Shown: positions 1-14,400 of the stretch, in pieces
Numbering within the stretch: position 1 is the first letter of the stretch
Layout: every line of letters starts with the position of its first letter
From: Balanoglossus misakiensis
Lineage: Eukaryota > Animalia > Hemichordata
Assembly (NCBI GenBank): GCA_040954595.2
Contig: CM082589.2
Coordinates: 9,126,894 to 9,190,893, forward strand
DNA: 64,000 nucleotides
Direction: 5' to 3'
The notes under the pieces: generated by a model
The model's database searches: none
What the model was told of the DNA's origin: nothing
What the model saw: the letters and a program-made list of their open reading frames with translations, nothing else
Made by a program: the position numbers and the translations under genes

Positions 1-209
1 TTTGGTAGATTTTCCGGATACCAAGATAAAGAAAACTTGAAGGTCTAATACACAAATATTTCTCAAATAATGTTGTCACATACTAGTGGAGATCCAAAAC
101 ACAAAACATGTAAGCCCTCTTATTTTTAAGGATACTATTTGTAGTAGGCAAAATAAGGAGGTGAAGTATAAGAACGCATTAAGTGTTTCAACATATCATG
201 ATAATGAAA

Positions 210-3200
210 ACTAAAAGGTCATCCCAAGGTTACCCAAAAATTTGTCAAAAATTTGGTCCCATACTGGTCCCAGCTTCCCTTCTGCCACTATTGGTCAGCG
301 TAAAATTTAATGTGGTAAGGTGTCTGACAACATGAGTAAAGCGGTATCTGTCCTGGATGCCGAGATTTGTAAAATTAGGTCAAAGTTCACAAAAAAATTG
401 CTCCAAAATATTTTGATGCCATACTGGTCCATGCCCAACTGAAACGGAACTGCTAGCTGTGTTGGTTAGCCTGGAATTAGGTATGTGCATAATTAATGAG
501 GTTAAGAAGGTGTCACAGATTAACCCAAAATTTAGCTTTTCATTTTTGTCCCATCCCTCAAAAAACAAAGGATGTAACTCCTGTAAAGGTCAGGTCAGGT
601 CACCCTAAATTTTGGCAAAAGATTGTGACCCCATATTGGTCCATGTTCAACAAAAACCAGACCTCTATTCCATTTGGTAGGCCTGGAATCAGGTATGCAC
701 GTAATTAATGAGTCAAGCAGGTGTCACAGGTGACCCCAAAATTTGCCTTTTAATTTTGATCCCATCCCTCGAAAGGACAAGGCTGTAGCTACTGTTGGTG
801 CCGAGATATGGTAAAGTAGGTTAAAAGTCACCCCGGTTCATCCAAAATTTGGGCAAAAACTTTTGAATTCAACAAAAACACACCTCTAGCCCTATTGGTT
901 CGCTTGGAATTATATATGTAAATAATTAATGGGGTAAATTGTGGGATTCGGTGAGGTGTTCCATCCCTCCAAATGCTAAGCCTGTACCTGCAGTGGATGC
1001 CAAGATATGAGAAAGTAGGTAAAAGGTCACTGAGGTCACCCAAAATTCTTTGACCAAATACTGGTCCATGTCCAAAAAAAACAAAAACTCTAGATCTATT
1101 TGTTCGTCTGTAATTAGGTATGCGCATACTTAATGAGTTAAGCAGGTGTCACAGGTGACCCAAAACTTTGGCTTTTCATTATGGCCCCATACCTCCAAAC
1201 GCCAAGGCTGTATCTGCTGTGGATGTCGAGATATGCAAAAGTAGGTCAAAGGTCACCCGAGGTCATCCAACATTTAGGCAAAATATTTTGACCCCATACT
1301 GATCCATGTCCAAAAAAAACAAACCTCTAGGTCATTTGGTTCATCTGTAATTAGGTATGCGCATATTTAATGAGGTCAGCAGAGGTCAAAGGGGTCATGA
1401 AAAGTAGCAAAAATTTTTGATCACATACAAAACCACATACATCAAAAACCAAACTTATAGCCCTATTGGTTAGCCTGGAATTAGATATGCAGAAAAATGA
1501 TGCGTCAAAAGTAGGTCAAAGGTCATTGCCAAAATTACCAAAATATTTATAGCTTATTCTTGTCATATGATGATTCATATCCATAAAAAGAATTTCTGTG
1601 CTATCAATTTTTAGGCTAGAAACGGAATTTTTACTTTTTAATCGTTGTTCACAAAATCCAATATGGCCGCCAAAATCTTCGACCAATCACACTGATCTTC
1701 GCAAACTTGATAGACATCTGTTTAATGACCACACACACCAAATCTTGTGACTCGGTTATCGCCGGTTCTTGAGAAGAAGATTTTTGTAATTTTACTAGGG
1801 TTTTTCGAAAATCCAATATGGCCGCCATAATCTTCGACCAATCACAATGATCTTCGCAAACTTGATAGACCTCAGTTTGGTGACCACATACCTCAAACCG
1901 CGTGACTCGGTTATCGCCGGTTCTGGAGAAGAAGATTTTTGAAAGTTTGACCAGATTTCAGAAAAACAACTGTAGCAAAAAAACTGCAACATTGACAGCA
2001 AAATATCCAATTACAAAAATGATGGGTAGAAGGTAGACTACCAGCACACCAAGTTTGAAGTCGATCTGACTTGTAGTTTCTGAGATCTGAGATTTGCATT
2101 TTTTCAGAAAATCTAATATGGCCGCCAGGTCACGTGACTAATTAAAAATTCAAGGGTACAATGCACATCTACTCAATGACCTTGACCACTGTAGCAAGTT
2201 TGAGAAGTGTACCTGCAGTGGTGTCTGAGATCTAGAGCGACAAAGAATTGACACAAGAATAAAGAAAGAAAGAAAGAAAGAAGAAAGAAGGAAAGACAGA
2301 AAAACCCCAACGAAACCAATAGGGCCCAAGCGCTGGTATGCGCTTGGGCCCTAAAAACCCCAACGAAACCAATAGGGCCCAAGCGCTTGCATGCGCTTGG
2401 GCCCTAAAAATTCCAACGAAACCAATACGGGCCCAAGCCTGGCTTGGCTTGGGCCCGTAATAATAAAGAAGAATTAAAGCTGCAAGCAGCATTGTCCGGG
2501 CCCAAGCTCTATTATCTGATCTGATAGTAGATATGCACATAATTAATGAGTAGAAACATAATGCTCTGTTTTATCCCATGAAATATCAAGGTTATATCTA
2601 TGTTTGGTGTTGATATAGTGTAAAGTAGGTCAAAGGTCTCCCAGGGGTCACCCACAATTTGGGCAGAAAATTTTGACCCATAATGGTCCATGTCCAACAA
2701 AAACCAGACCTCTAGCCCTTTTGGTTAGCCTGGAATTAGGTATGCACATAAATAATGAGTTAAGCAGGTGTCACAGGTGACCCAAAACTTTGGCTTTTCA
2801 TTATGGCCCCATACCTCCAAATGCCATGGCTGTATCTGCTGTGGATGTCGAGATATGCAAAAGTAGGTCAAAGGTCACCCAAGGTCACCCAACATTTGGG
2901 CAAAATATTTTGACCCCATACTGGTTCATGTATAACAAAAACAAAACCTCAAGGTCTATTGGTTCATCATTAATTAGGTATGTGCATATTTAATGAGGTC
3001 AGCAGAGGTCAAAGGGGTCATGAGAAGTAGCAAACTTTTTTGATCACATACAAATCCACATACATCAAAAACCAAACTTATAGCCCTATTGGTTAGCCTG
3101 GAATTAGATATGCAGAAAAATGATGCGTCAAAAGTAGGTCAAAGGTCATTGCCAAAATTACCAAAATATTTATAGCTTATTCTTGTCATATGATGATTCA

Positions 3201-6200
3201 TATCCATAAAAAGAATTTCTGTGCTATCAATTATTAGGCTAGAAAGGGAATTTTTACTTTTTAATCGTTTTTCACAAAATCCAATATGGCCGCCATAATC
3301 TTCGACCAATCACATTCATCTTCGCAAACTTGATAGACATCTGTTTAATGACCACACACACCAAATCTTGTGACTCGGTTATCGCCGGTTCTTGAGTAGA
3401 AGATTTTTCAAATTTTACTAGGGTTTTTCGAAAATCCAATATGGCCGCCATAATCTTGGACCAATCACTATGATCTTCGCAAACTTGATAGACATCAGTT
3501 AGGTGACCACATACCCCAAACCCCGTGTCTCGGTTATCACCGGTTCTGGAGAAGAAGATTTTTTAAATTTAGGCCAGATTTCAGAAAAAAAATTGTAGCA
3601 AAAAAACGGCAACTTTGTCAGCATAAATTCCAATTACAAAAATGATGGACAGAAGGTAGTCTACCAGCATGCCAAATTTGAAGTCGATCTGACTTGTAGT
3701 TTCTGAGATTTGAGATTTGCATTTTTTCAGAAAATCCAAGATGGCCGCCATGTCACGTGACTAATTAAGTATTCACAAGTCACTGCACATCTACTCATTG
3801 ACCTTGACCTCTGTAGCAAGTTTGAGAACTGTACCTGCAGCGGTGTTTGAGATCTAGAGCGATAAAGAATGGAACCAAGAATAAAGAAAGAATTAAAGCT
3901 GCGAGCAGCATTGTCGGGCCCAAGCGCTGATCTTGAATTATATATGCACAGTATGAATGAGAAGAAACAGAATTTTCTATCTGATGTATTATCACCATTT
4001 GGTGTATTATGTAATACACCAAACATTTGGGCAAAATTTATTGACCCATACTGTTCCATGTCCAACAAAAACTAAAACTCTAGTTCTATTGGTTCGCCTG
4101 TAATTAGGTATGTGCATATTTAATGAGGTCAGCAGGTGTCACAGGTGACTCAAAAATGTGGCTTTACATTTTGGTCCCATCCTACCAAATGCCATGGCTG
4201 TATCTGCTCTGGATGCTGAGATATGCGAAAGTAGGTCAAAGGTCACCAGAGGTCACCCAACATTTGGGCAAAAAATTTTGATCCCATACTGGTCCATGTC
4301 CAACAAAAACCAAACCTCTAGCTCTATTGGTTCGCCTGTAATTAGCTATGCACATAATTAATGAGGTCAGCAGAGGTCAAAGGGGTCATGAAAAGTAGCA
4401 AAATATTTTGTTCACACACTAATCCACATTCATCAAAAACCAAACGTCTAGCCCTATAGGTTAGCCTGGAATTAGATATGCAGAAATAATAATGCGTGAT
4501 AAGTAGGTCAAAGGTCATGTGAAAAATCGCCAAAAAATTGTAACATATTTTAGTCACATGACGATTGATATCCATAAAAAGAATTTGTATGCTATCAATT
4601 TTTAGACTAGAAAAAGGAATTTCAATTTTTCACTGCTTTTTACAAAATCCAATATGGCCGCCATAATCTTCGACCAATCACAATGCTCTTTGCAAACTTG
4701 ATAGACATCAGTGTAGTGACCATACTCCCCGAATCTTGCAACTCAGTAATCTCCCGTTCTGGAGAAGAAGATTTTTGGAGTTTAACTATGGTTTTTCGAA
4801 AATCCAATATGGCCGCCATAATCTTCGACCAATCACAATGATCTTCGCAAACTTGATAGACATCAGTTAGGTGACCACATACCCCAAACCCCGTGTCTCG
4901 GTTATCACCAGTTCTGGAGAAGAAGATTTTTGAAATTTAAGCCAGATTTCACAAAAAAAATTGTAGCAAAAAAACTGCAACATTGACAGCAAAATTTCCA
5001 ATTACAAAAATGATGGGCAGAAGGTAGTCTACCTGCATGCCAAATTTGAAGTCGATCTGACTTGTAGTTTCTGAGATCTGAGATTTGCATTTTTTCAGAA
5101 AATCCAATATGGCCGCCAGGTCACGTGACTAATTAAGTATTCACAAGTCACTGCACATCTACTCATTGACCTTGACCACTGTGGCAAGTTTGAGCAGTGT
5201 ACCTGCAGTAGTTTCTGAGATTTAGTTGGCCGAAGAATTGACACAAGAATAAAGAAAGAAAGAAAGAAAGCAAGCAAGAAAGAAAAATTCCAACGAAACC
5301 AATAGGGCCCAAGCGCTTGCGTGCGCTTGGGCCCTAAAGAAAGAAAGAAAGACAGAATTAAAGCTGCAAGCAGCATTGTCCGGGCCCAAGCTCTATTATC
5401 TGATCTGATAGTAGATATGCACATAATTAATGAGTAGAAACATAATGCTCTGTTTTATCCCATGAAATATCAAGGTTATATCTATGTTTGGTGTTGATAT
5501 AGTGTAAAGTAGGTCAAAGGTCTCCCAGGGGTCACCCACAATTTGGGCAGAAAATTTTGACCCATAATGGTCCATGTCCAACAAAAACCAGACCTCTAGC
5601 CCTTTTGGTTAGCCTGGAATTAGGTATGCACATAAATAATGAGTTAAGCAGGTGTCACAGGTGACCCAAAACTTTGGCTTTTCATTATGGCCCCATACCT
5701 CCAAACGCCATGGCTGTATCTGCTGTGGATGTCGAGATATGCAAAAGTAGGTCAAAGGTCACCCAAGGTCACCCAACATTTGGGCAAAATATTTTGACCC
5801 CATACTGGTTCATGTATAACAAAAACAAAACCTCAAGGTCTATTGGTTCATCATTAATTAGGTATGTGCATATTTAATGAGGTCAGCAGAGGTCAAAGGG
5901 GTCATGAGAAGTAGCAAACTTTTTTGATCACATACAAATCCACATACATCAAAAACCAAACTTATAGCCCTATTGGTTAGCCTGGAATTAGATATGCAGA
6001 AAAATGATGCGTCAAAAGTAGGTCAAAGGTCATTGCCAAAATTACCAAAATATTTATAGCTTATTCTTGTCATATGATGATTCATATCCATAAAAAGAAT
6101 TTCTGTGCTATCAATTATTAGGCTAGAAAGGGAATTTTTACTTTTTAATCGTTTTTCACAAAATCCAATATGGCCGCCATAATCTTCGACCAATCACATT

Positions 6201-9200
6201 CATCTTCGCAAACTTGATAGACATCTGTTTAATGACCACACACACCAAATCTTGTGACTCGGTTATCGCCGGTTCTTGAGTAGAAGATTTTTCAAATTTT
6301 ACTAGGGTTTTTCGAAAATCCAATATGGCCGCCATAATCTTGGACCAATCACTATGATCTTCGCAAACTTGATAGACATCAGTTAGGTGACCACATACCC
6401 CAAACCCCGTGTCCCGGTTATCACCGGTTCTGGAGAAGAAGATTTTTTAAATTTAGGCCAGATTTCAGAAAAAAAATTGTAGCAAAAAAACGGCAACTTT
6501 GTCAGCATAAATTCCAATTACAAAAATGATGGACAGAAGGTAGTCTACCAGCATGCCAAATTTGAAGTCGATCTGACTTGTAGTTTCTGAGATTTGAGAT
6601 TTGCATTTTTTCAGAAAATCCAAGATGGCCGCCATGTCACGTGACTAATTAAGTATTCACAAGTCACTGCACATCTACTCATTGACCTTGACCTCTGTAG
6701 CAAGTTTGAGAACTGTACCTGCAGCGGTGTTTGAGATCTAGAGCGATAAAGAATGGAACCAAGAATAAAGAAAGAAAGAAAGAAAGAAAGACAGAATTAA
6801 AGCTGCGAGCAGCATTGTCGGGCCCAAGCGCTGATCTTGAATTATATATGCACAGTATGAATGAGAAGAAACAGAATTTTTTATCGGATGTATTATCTCA
6901 TGACATAACAAGGATGTGTGTATTTTTGCTGCTGAAATAGGGTGAAGTAGGTCAAAGGTCACCTGAGGTCACCCACAATTTGGGCAATTTTTTTTACCCA
7001 TACTGGTCCATGTCCAACAAAAACCAAAACTCTAGCTCTATTGGTTCGCCTGTAATTAGGTATGTGCATATTTAATGAGGTCAGCAGATGTTACAGGTGA
7101 CCCAAAAATGTGGCTTTACATTTTGGTCCCATCCTACCAAATGCCATGGCTGTATCTGCTCTGGATGCTGAGATATGCGAAAGTAGGTCAAAGGTCACCA
7201 GAGGTCACCCAACATTTGGGCAAAAAATTTTGATCCCATACTGGTCCATGTCCAACAAAAACCAAACCTCTAGCTCTATTGGTTCGCCTGTAATTAGCTA
7301 TGCACATAATTAATGAGGTCAGCAGAGGTCAAAGGGGTCATGAAAAGTAGCAAAATATTTTGATCACACACTAATCCATATTCATCAAAAACCAAACGTC
7401 TAGCCCTATAGGTTAGCCTGGAATTAGATATGCAGAAATAATAATGCGTGATAAGTAGGTCAAAGGTCATGTGAAAAATCGCCAAAAAATTGTATAATAT
7501 TTTAGTCACATGACGATTGATATCCATAAAAAGAATTTGTATGCTATCAATTTTTAGACTAGAAAAAGGAATTTCAATTTTTCACTGCTTTTTACAAAAT
7601 CCAATATGGCCGCCATAATCTTCGACCAATCACAATGCTCTTTGCAAACTTGATAGACATCAGTGTAGTGACCATACTCCCCGAATCTTGCAACTCAGTC
7701 ATTTCCCGTTCTGGAGAAGAAGATTTTTGGAGTTTAACTATGGTTTTTCGAAAATCCAATATGGCCGCCATAATCTTCGACCAATCACAATGATCTTCGC
7801 AAACTTGATAGACATCAGTTAGGTGACCACATACCCCAAACCCCGTGTCTCGGTTATCACCGGTTCTGGAGAAGAAGATTTTTGCAATTTAAGCCAGATT
7901 TCAGAAAAAAAATTGTAGCAAAAAAACTGCAACATTGACAGCAAAATTTCCAATTACAAAAATGATGGGTAGAAGATAGTCTACCTGCATGCCAAATTTG
8001 AAGTCGATCTGACTTGTAGTTTCTGAGATCTGAGATTTGCATTTTTTCAGAAAATCCAATATGGCCGCCAGGTCACGTGACTAATTAAGTATTCACAAGT
8101 CACTGCACATCTACTCATTGACCTTGACCACTGTAGCAAGTTTGAGAAGTGTACCTGCAGTAGTTTCAGAGATCTCGTTGGCCGAAGAATTGACACAAGA
8201 ATAAAGAAAGAAAGAAAGAAAGAAAGAAAGAAAAATTCCAACGAAACCAATAGGGCCCAAGCGCTTGCTTGCGCTTGGGCCCTAAAAACCCCAGCGAAAC
8301 CAATACGGGCCCAAGCCTGGCTTGGCTTGGGCCCGTAATTAAAGCTGCAAGCAGCATTGTCCGGGCCCAAGCTCTATTATCTGACCTGATTATTAGATAT
8401 GCACATAATTAATGAGTAGAAACATAATGCTGTGTTTTATCCCATAAAATATCAAGGTTATATCTATGTTTGGTGCTGATATAGTGTTAAGTAGGTCAAA
8501 GGTCAACCAGGGGTCACCCACAAATTGGGCAGAATATTTTGACCCACAGTGGTCCATGTCCAACAAAAACCAGACCTCTAGCCCTTTTGGTTAGCCTAGA
8601 ATTAGGTATGCACATAAATAATGAGGTCAGCAGAGGTCACAGGTGACCCAAAACTTTGGCTTTTCATTATGGCCCCATATCTCCAAATGCCAAGGCTGTA
8701 CCTGCTTTGGATGCCGAGATATGCAAAAGTAGGTCAAAGGTCACCCGAGGTCACCCAACATTTGGGCAAAATATTTTGACCCCATACTGATCCATGTCCA
8801 AAAAAACCCAAACCTCTAGGTCTATTGGTTAATCTGTAATTAGGTATGCGCATATTTAATGAGGTCAGCAGAGGTCAAAGGGGTCATGAAAAGTAGCAAA
8901 AATTTTTGTTCACATACAAATCCACATACATCAAAAACCAAACTTATAGCCCTATTGGTTAGCCTGGAATTAGATATGCAGAAAAATGATGCGTCAAAAG
9001 TAGGTCAAAGGTCATTGCCAAAATTACCAAAATATTTATAGCTTATACTTGTCATATGATGATTCATATCCATTAAAAGAATTTCTGTGCTATCAATTTT
9101 TAGGCTAGAAATGGAATTTTTACTTTTTAATCGTTTTTCACAAAATCCAATATGGCCGCCATAATCTTCGACCAATCACATTCAACTTCGCAAACTTGAT

Positions 9201-12200
9201 AGACATCTGTTTAATAACCACACACACCAAATCTTGTGACTCGGTTATCGCCGGTTCTTGAGAAGAAGATTTTTGAAATTTTACTAGGGTTTTTCGAAAA
9301 TCCAATATGGCCGCCATAATCTTGGACCAATCACAATGATCTTCGCAAACTTGATAGACATCAGTTAGGTGACCACATACCCCAAACCCCGTGTCTCGGT
9401 TATCACCGGTTCTGGAGAAGAAGATTTTTGAAATTTAAGCCAGATTTCAGAAAAAAAATTGTAGCAAAAAAACTGCAACTTTGTCAGCATAATTTCCAAT
9501 TACAAAAATGACGGGCAGAAGGTAGTCTACCAGCATGCCAAATTTGAAGCCGCTCTGACTTGTAGTTTCTGAGATCTGAGATTTGCATTTTTTCAGAAAA
9601 TCCAATATGGCCGCCATGTCATGTGACTAATTAAGTATTCACAAGTCACTGCACATCTACTCATTAACCTTGACCACTGTAGCAAGTTTGAGAACTGTAC
9701 CTGCAGTGGTGTCTGAGATCTAGAGCGATAAAGAATGGAACCAAGAATAAAGAAAGAAAGAAAGAAAGAAAGACAGAATTAAAGCTGCAAGCAGCATTGT
9801 CCGGGCCCAAGCTCTATTATCTGATCTGATATTAGATATGCACATAATTAATGAGTAGAAAAATAATGCTGTTTTATCCCATGAAATATCAAGGTTATAT
9901 CTATGTTTGGTGCTGTTTAAGTGTTAAGTAGGTCAAAGGTCATCTGAGGTCATCCAAAATTTGGGCAGAAAATTTTGACCCATAGTGGTCCGTGTCCAAC
10001 AAAAACCAGACCTCTAGCCCTTTTGGTTAGCCTAAAATTAGGTATGCACATAATTAATGAGTTAAGCAGGTGTCACAGGTGACCTAAAACGTTGGCTTTT
10101 CATTATGGCCCCATACCTCCAAACGCCAAGGCTGTATATGCTGTGGATGTCGAGATACGCAAAAGTAGGTCAAAGGTCACCCGAGATCACCCAACATTTG
10201 GGCAAAATATTTTGACCCCATACTGGTCCATGTATAACAAAAACAAAACCTCTAGGTCTATTGGTTCATCTGTAATTAGGTATGTGCATATTTAATGAGG
10301 TCAGGAGAGGTCAAAGGGGTCATGAAAAGTAGCAAAATTTTTGGATCACATACAAATCCACATACATCAAAAACCAAACTTATAGCCCTATTGGTTAGCC
10401 TAGAATTAGATATGCAGAAAAATCATGCGTCAAAAGTAGGTCAAAGGTCATTGCCAAAATTACCAAAATATTTATAGCTTATTCTTGGCATATGATGATT
10501 CATATCCATAAAAATAATTTCTGTGCTATCAATTTTTAGGCTAGAAAAGGAATTTTTACTTTTTAATCGTTTTTCACAAAATCCAATATGGCCGCCATAA
10601 TCTTTGACCAATCACATTCCCCTTCGCAAACTTGATAGACATATGTTTAATGACCACACACACCAAATCTTGTGACTCAGTTATCGCCGGTTCTTGAGAA
10701 GAAGATTTTTGAAATTTTACTAGGGTTTTTCGAAAATCCAATATGGCCGCCATAATCTTCGACCAATCACAATGATCTTCGCAAACTTGATAGACCTCAG
10801 CTTGGTGACCACATACCCCAAACCGCGTGACTCGGTTATCGCCGGTTCTGGAGAAGAAGATTTTTGAAATTATGACCAGATTTCAGAAAAACAACTGTAG
10901 CAAAAAAACTGCAACATTGACAGCAAAATATCCAATTACAAAAATGATGGGCAGAAGGTACTCTACCAGCACACCAAATCTGAAGTAAATCTGACTTGTA
11001 GTTTCTGAGATCTGAGATTTGCATTTTTTCAGAAAAACCAATATGGCCGCCATGTCACGTGACTAATTAAGTATTCACAAGTCACTGCACATCTACTCAT
11101 TGACCTTGACCACTGTAGCAAGTTTGAGAACTGTACCTGCAGCGGTGTCTGAGATCTAGAGTGATAAAGAATGGAACCAAGAATAATTAAAGCTGCAAGC
11201 AGCATTGTCGGGCCCAAGCGCTGATCTTGAATTATATATGCACAGTATGAATGAGAAAAACAGAATTTTCTATCGTATGTATTATCTGATGACATAACAA
11301 GGATGTGTGTATTTTTGCTGCTGAAATAGGGTGAAGTAGGTCAAAGGTCACCAGAGGTCACGCAACATTTGGGCAAAAAATTTTGATCCCATACTGGTCC
11401 ATGTCCAACAAAAAACAAAACTCTAGCTCTATTGGTTCGCCTGTAATTAGGTATGTGCATATTTAATGAGGTCAGCAGGTGTCACAGGTGACTCAAAAAT
11501 GTGGCTTTACATTTTGGTCCCATCCTACCAAATGCCATGGCTGTATCTGCTCTGGATGCTGAGATATGCGAAAGTAGGTCAAAGGTCACCAGAGGTCACG
11601 CAACATTTGGGCAAAAATTTTTGATCTCATACAGGTCTGTGTCCAACAAAAACCAAACCTCTAGCTCTATTGGTTCGCCTGTAATTAGCTATGCACATAA
11701 TTAATGAGGTCAGCAGAGGTCAAAGGGGTCATGAAAAGTAGCAAAATATTTTGATCACACACTAATCCACATTCATCAAAAACCAAACGTCTAGCCCTAT
11801 AGGTTAGCCTGGAATTAGATATGCAGAAATACTAACGCGTGATAAGTAGGTCAAAGGTCATGTGAAAAATCGCCAAAAAATTGTAACATATTTTAGTCAC
11901 ATGACGATTGATATCCATAAAAAGAATTTGTATGCTATCAATTTTTAGACTAGAAAAAGGAATTTCAATTTTTCACTGCTTTTTACAAAATCCAATATGG
12001 CCGCCATAATCTTCGACCAATCACAATGCTCTTTGCAAACTTGATAGACATCAGTGTAGTGACCATACTCCCCGAATCTTGCGACTCAGTCATCGCCCGT
12101 TCTGGAGAAGAAGATTTTTGGAGTTTAACTATGGTTTTTCTAAAATCCAAATTGGCCGCCATAATCTTCGACCAATCACAATGATCTTCGCAAACTTGAT

Positions 12201-14205
12201 AGACATCAGTTAGGTGACCACATACCCCAAACCCCGTGTCTCGGTTATCACTGGTTCTGGAGAAGAAGATTTTTGAAATTTAAGCCAGATTTCAGAAAAA
12301 AAATTGTAGCAAAAAAACTGCAACATTGACAGCAAAATTTCCAATTACAAAAATGATGGGTAGAAGGTAGTCTACCTGCATGCCAAATTTGAAGTCGATC
12401 TGACTTGTAGTTTCTGAGATCTGAGATTTGATTTTTTTCAGAAAATCCAATATGGCCGCCAGGTCACGTGACTAATTAATTATTCACAAGTCACTGCACA
12501 TCTACTCATTGACCTTGACCACTGTAGCAAGTTTGAGAAGTGTACCTGCAGTAGTTTCAGAGATCTCGTTGGCCGAAGAAATTGACACAAGAAAAAAGAA
12601 AGAAAGAAAAACCCCAACGAAACCAATAGGGCCCAAGCGCTTGCGTGCGCTTGGGCCCTAAAGAAAGAAAGAAAGAAAGAAAGACAGAAAAACCCCAGCG
12701 AAACCAATACGGGCCCAAGCCTGGCTTGGCTTGGGCCCGTAAAAACCCCAGCGAAACCAATACGGGCCCAAGCCTGGCTTGGCTTGGGCCCGTAATTAAA
12801 GCTGCAAGCAGCATTGTCCGGGCCCAAGCTCTATTATCTGATCTGATATTAGATATGCACATAATTAATGAGTAGAAACATAATGCTCTGTTTTATCCCA
12901 TGAAATATCAAGGTTATATCTATGTTTGGTGTTGATATAGTGTAAAGTAGGTCAAAGGTCTCCCAGGGGTCACCCACAATTTGGGCAGAAAATTTTGACC
13001 CATAGTGGTCCATGTCCAACAAAAACCAGACCTCTAGCCCTTTTGGTTAGCCTGGAATTAGGTATGCACATAAATAATGAGTTAAGCAGGTGTCACAGGT
13101 GACCCAAAACTTTGGCTTTTCATTTTGGCCCCATACCTCCAAACGCCAAGGCTGTATCTGCTGTGGATGTCGAGATATGCAAAAGTAGGTCAAAGGTCAC
13201 CCAAGGTCACCCAACATTTGGGCAAAATATTTTGACCCCATACTGGTTCATGTATAACAAAAACAAAACCTCAAGGTCTATTGGTTCATCATTAATTAGG
13301 TATGTGCATATTTAATGAGGTCAGCAGAGGTCAAAGGGGTCATGAGAAGTAGCAAAATTTTTTGATCACATACAAATCCACATACATCAAAAACCAAACT
13401 TATAGCCCTATTGGTTAGCCTGGAATTAGATATGCAGAAAAATGATGCGTCAAAAGTAGGTCAAAGGTCATTGCCAAAATTACCAAAATATTTATAGCTT
13501 ATTCTTGTCATATGCTGATTCATATCCATAAAAAGAATTTTTGTGCTATCAATTATTAGGCTAGAAAGGGAATTTTTACTTTTTAATCGTTTTTCACAAA
13601 ATCCAATATGGCCGCCATAATCTTCGACCAATCACATTCATCTTCGCAAACTTGATAGACATCTGTTTAATGACCACACACACCAAATCTTGTGACTCGG
13701 TTATCGCCGGTTCTTGAGTAGAAGATTTTTCAAATTTTACTAAGGTTTTTCGTAAATCCAATATGGCCGCCATAATCTTGGACCAATCACTATGATCTTC
13801 GCAAACTTGATAGACATCAGTTAGGTGACCACATACCCCAAACCCCGTGTCTCGGTTATCACCGGTTCTGGAGAAGAAGATTTTTGAAATTTAGGCCAGA
13901 TTTCAGAAAAAAAATTGTAGCAAAAAAACGGCAACTTTGTCAGCATAATTTCCAATTACAAAAATGATGGGCAGAAGGTAGTCTACCAGCATGCCAAATT
14001 TGAAGTCGATCTGACTTGCAGTTTCTGAGATCTGAGATTTGCATTTTTTCAGAAAATCCAAGATGGCCGCCATGTCACGTGACTAATTAAGTATTCACAA
14101 GTCACTGCACATCTACTCATTGACCTTGACCACTGTAGCAAGTTTGAGAACTGTACCTGCAGCGGTGTTTGAGATCTAGAGCGATAAAGAATGGAACCAA
14201 GAATA

Positions 14206-14237
<32 letters not shown>

Positions 14238-14400
14238 CAGAAAAACCCCAGCGAAACCAATACGGGCCCAAGCCTGGCTTGGCTTGGGCCCGTAAAAACC
14301 CCAGCGAAACCAATACGGGCCCAAGCCTGGCTTGGCTTGGGCCCGTAAATATTCCAACAATACCAATAGGGGCACAAGCCCGATAGGCTTGTGCCCCTAA
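210..14400 (-). mobile_element. Tandem array (~9 units) of Helentron-associated non-autonomous elements (HINE/DINE-1/pearl-like architecture), satellite-like
   Basis: Junction motif AATTAAAGCTGC(A/G)AGCAGCATTGTC at 2472, 3891, 5356, 6795, 8337, 9777, 11185, 12794 (period ~1.41-1.61 kb). On the minus strand a full unit reads: GGGCCCAAGC..GCTTGGGCCC hairpin, (TTTC)n microsatellite, internal ~145 bp and ~200 bp subrepeats, subterminal GCTTGGGCCC, small palindrome GCTGC-TT-GCAGC, then TTT. This is the known HINE layout. No coding capacity. Confidence 0.8.

Noticed and set aside
380-14377. Many recurring 60-115 aa ORFs in the tandem array
   Set aside because: They are translations of repeated non-coding units and (TTTC)n tracts, differ by frameshifts between units, and show no protein motifs.
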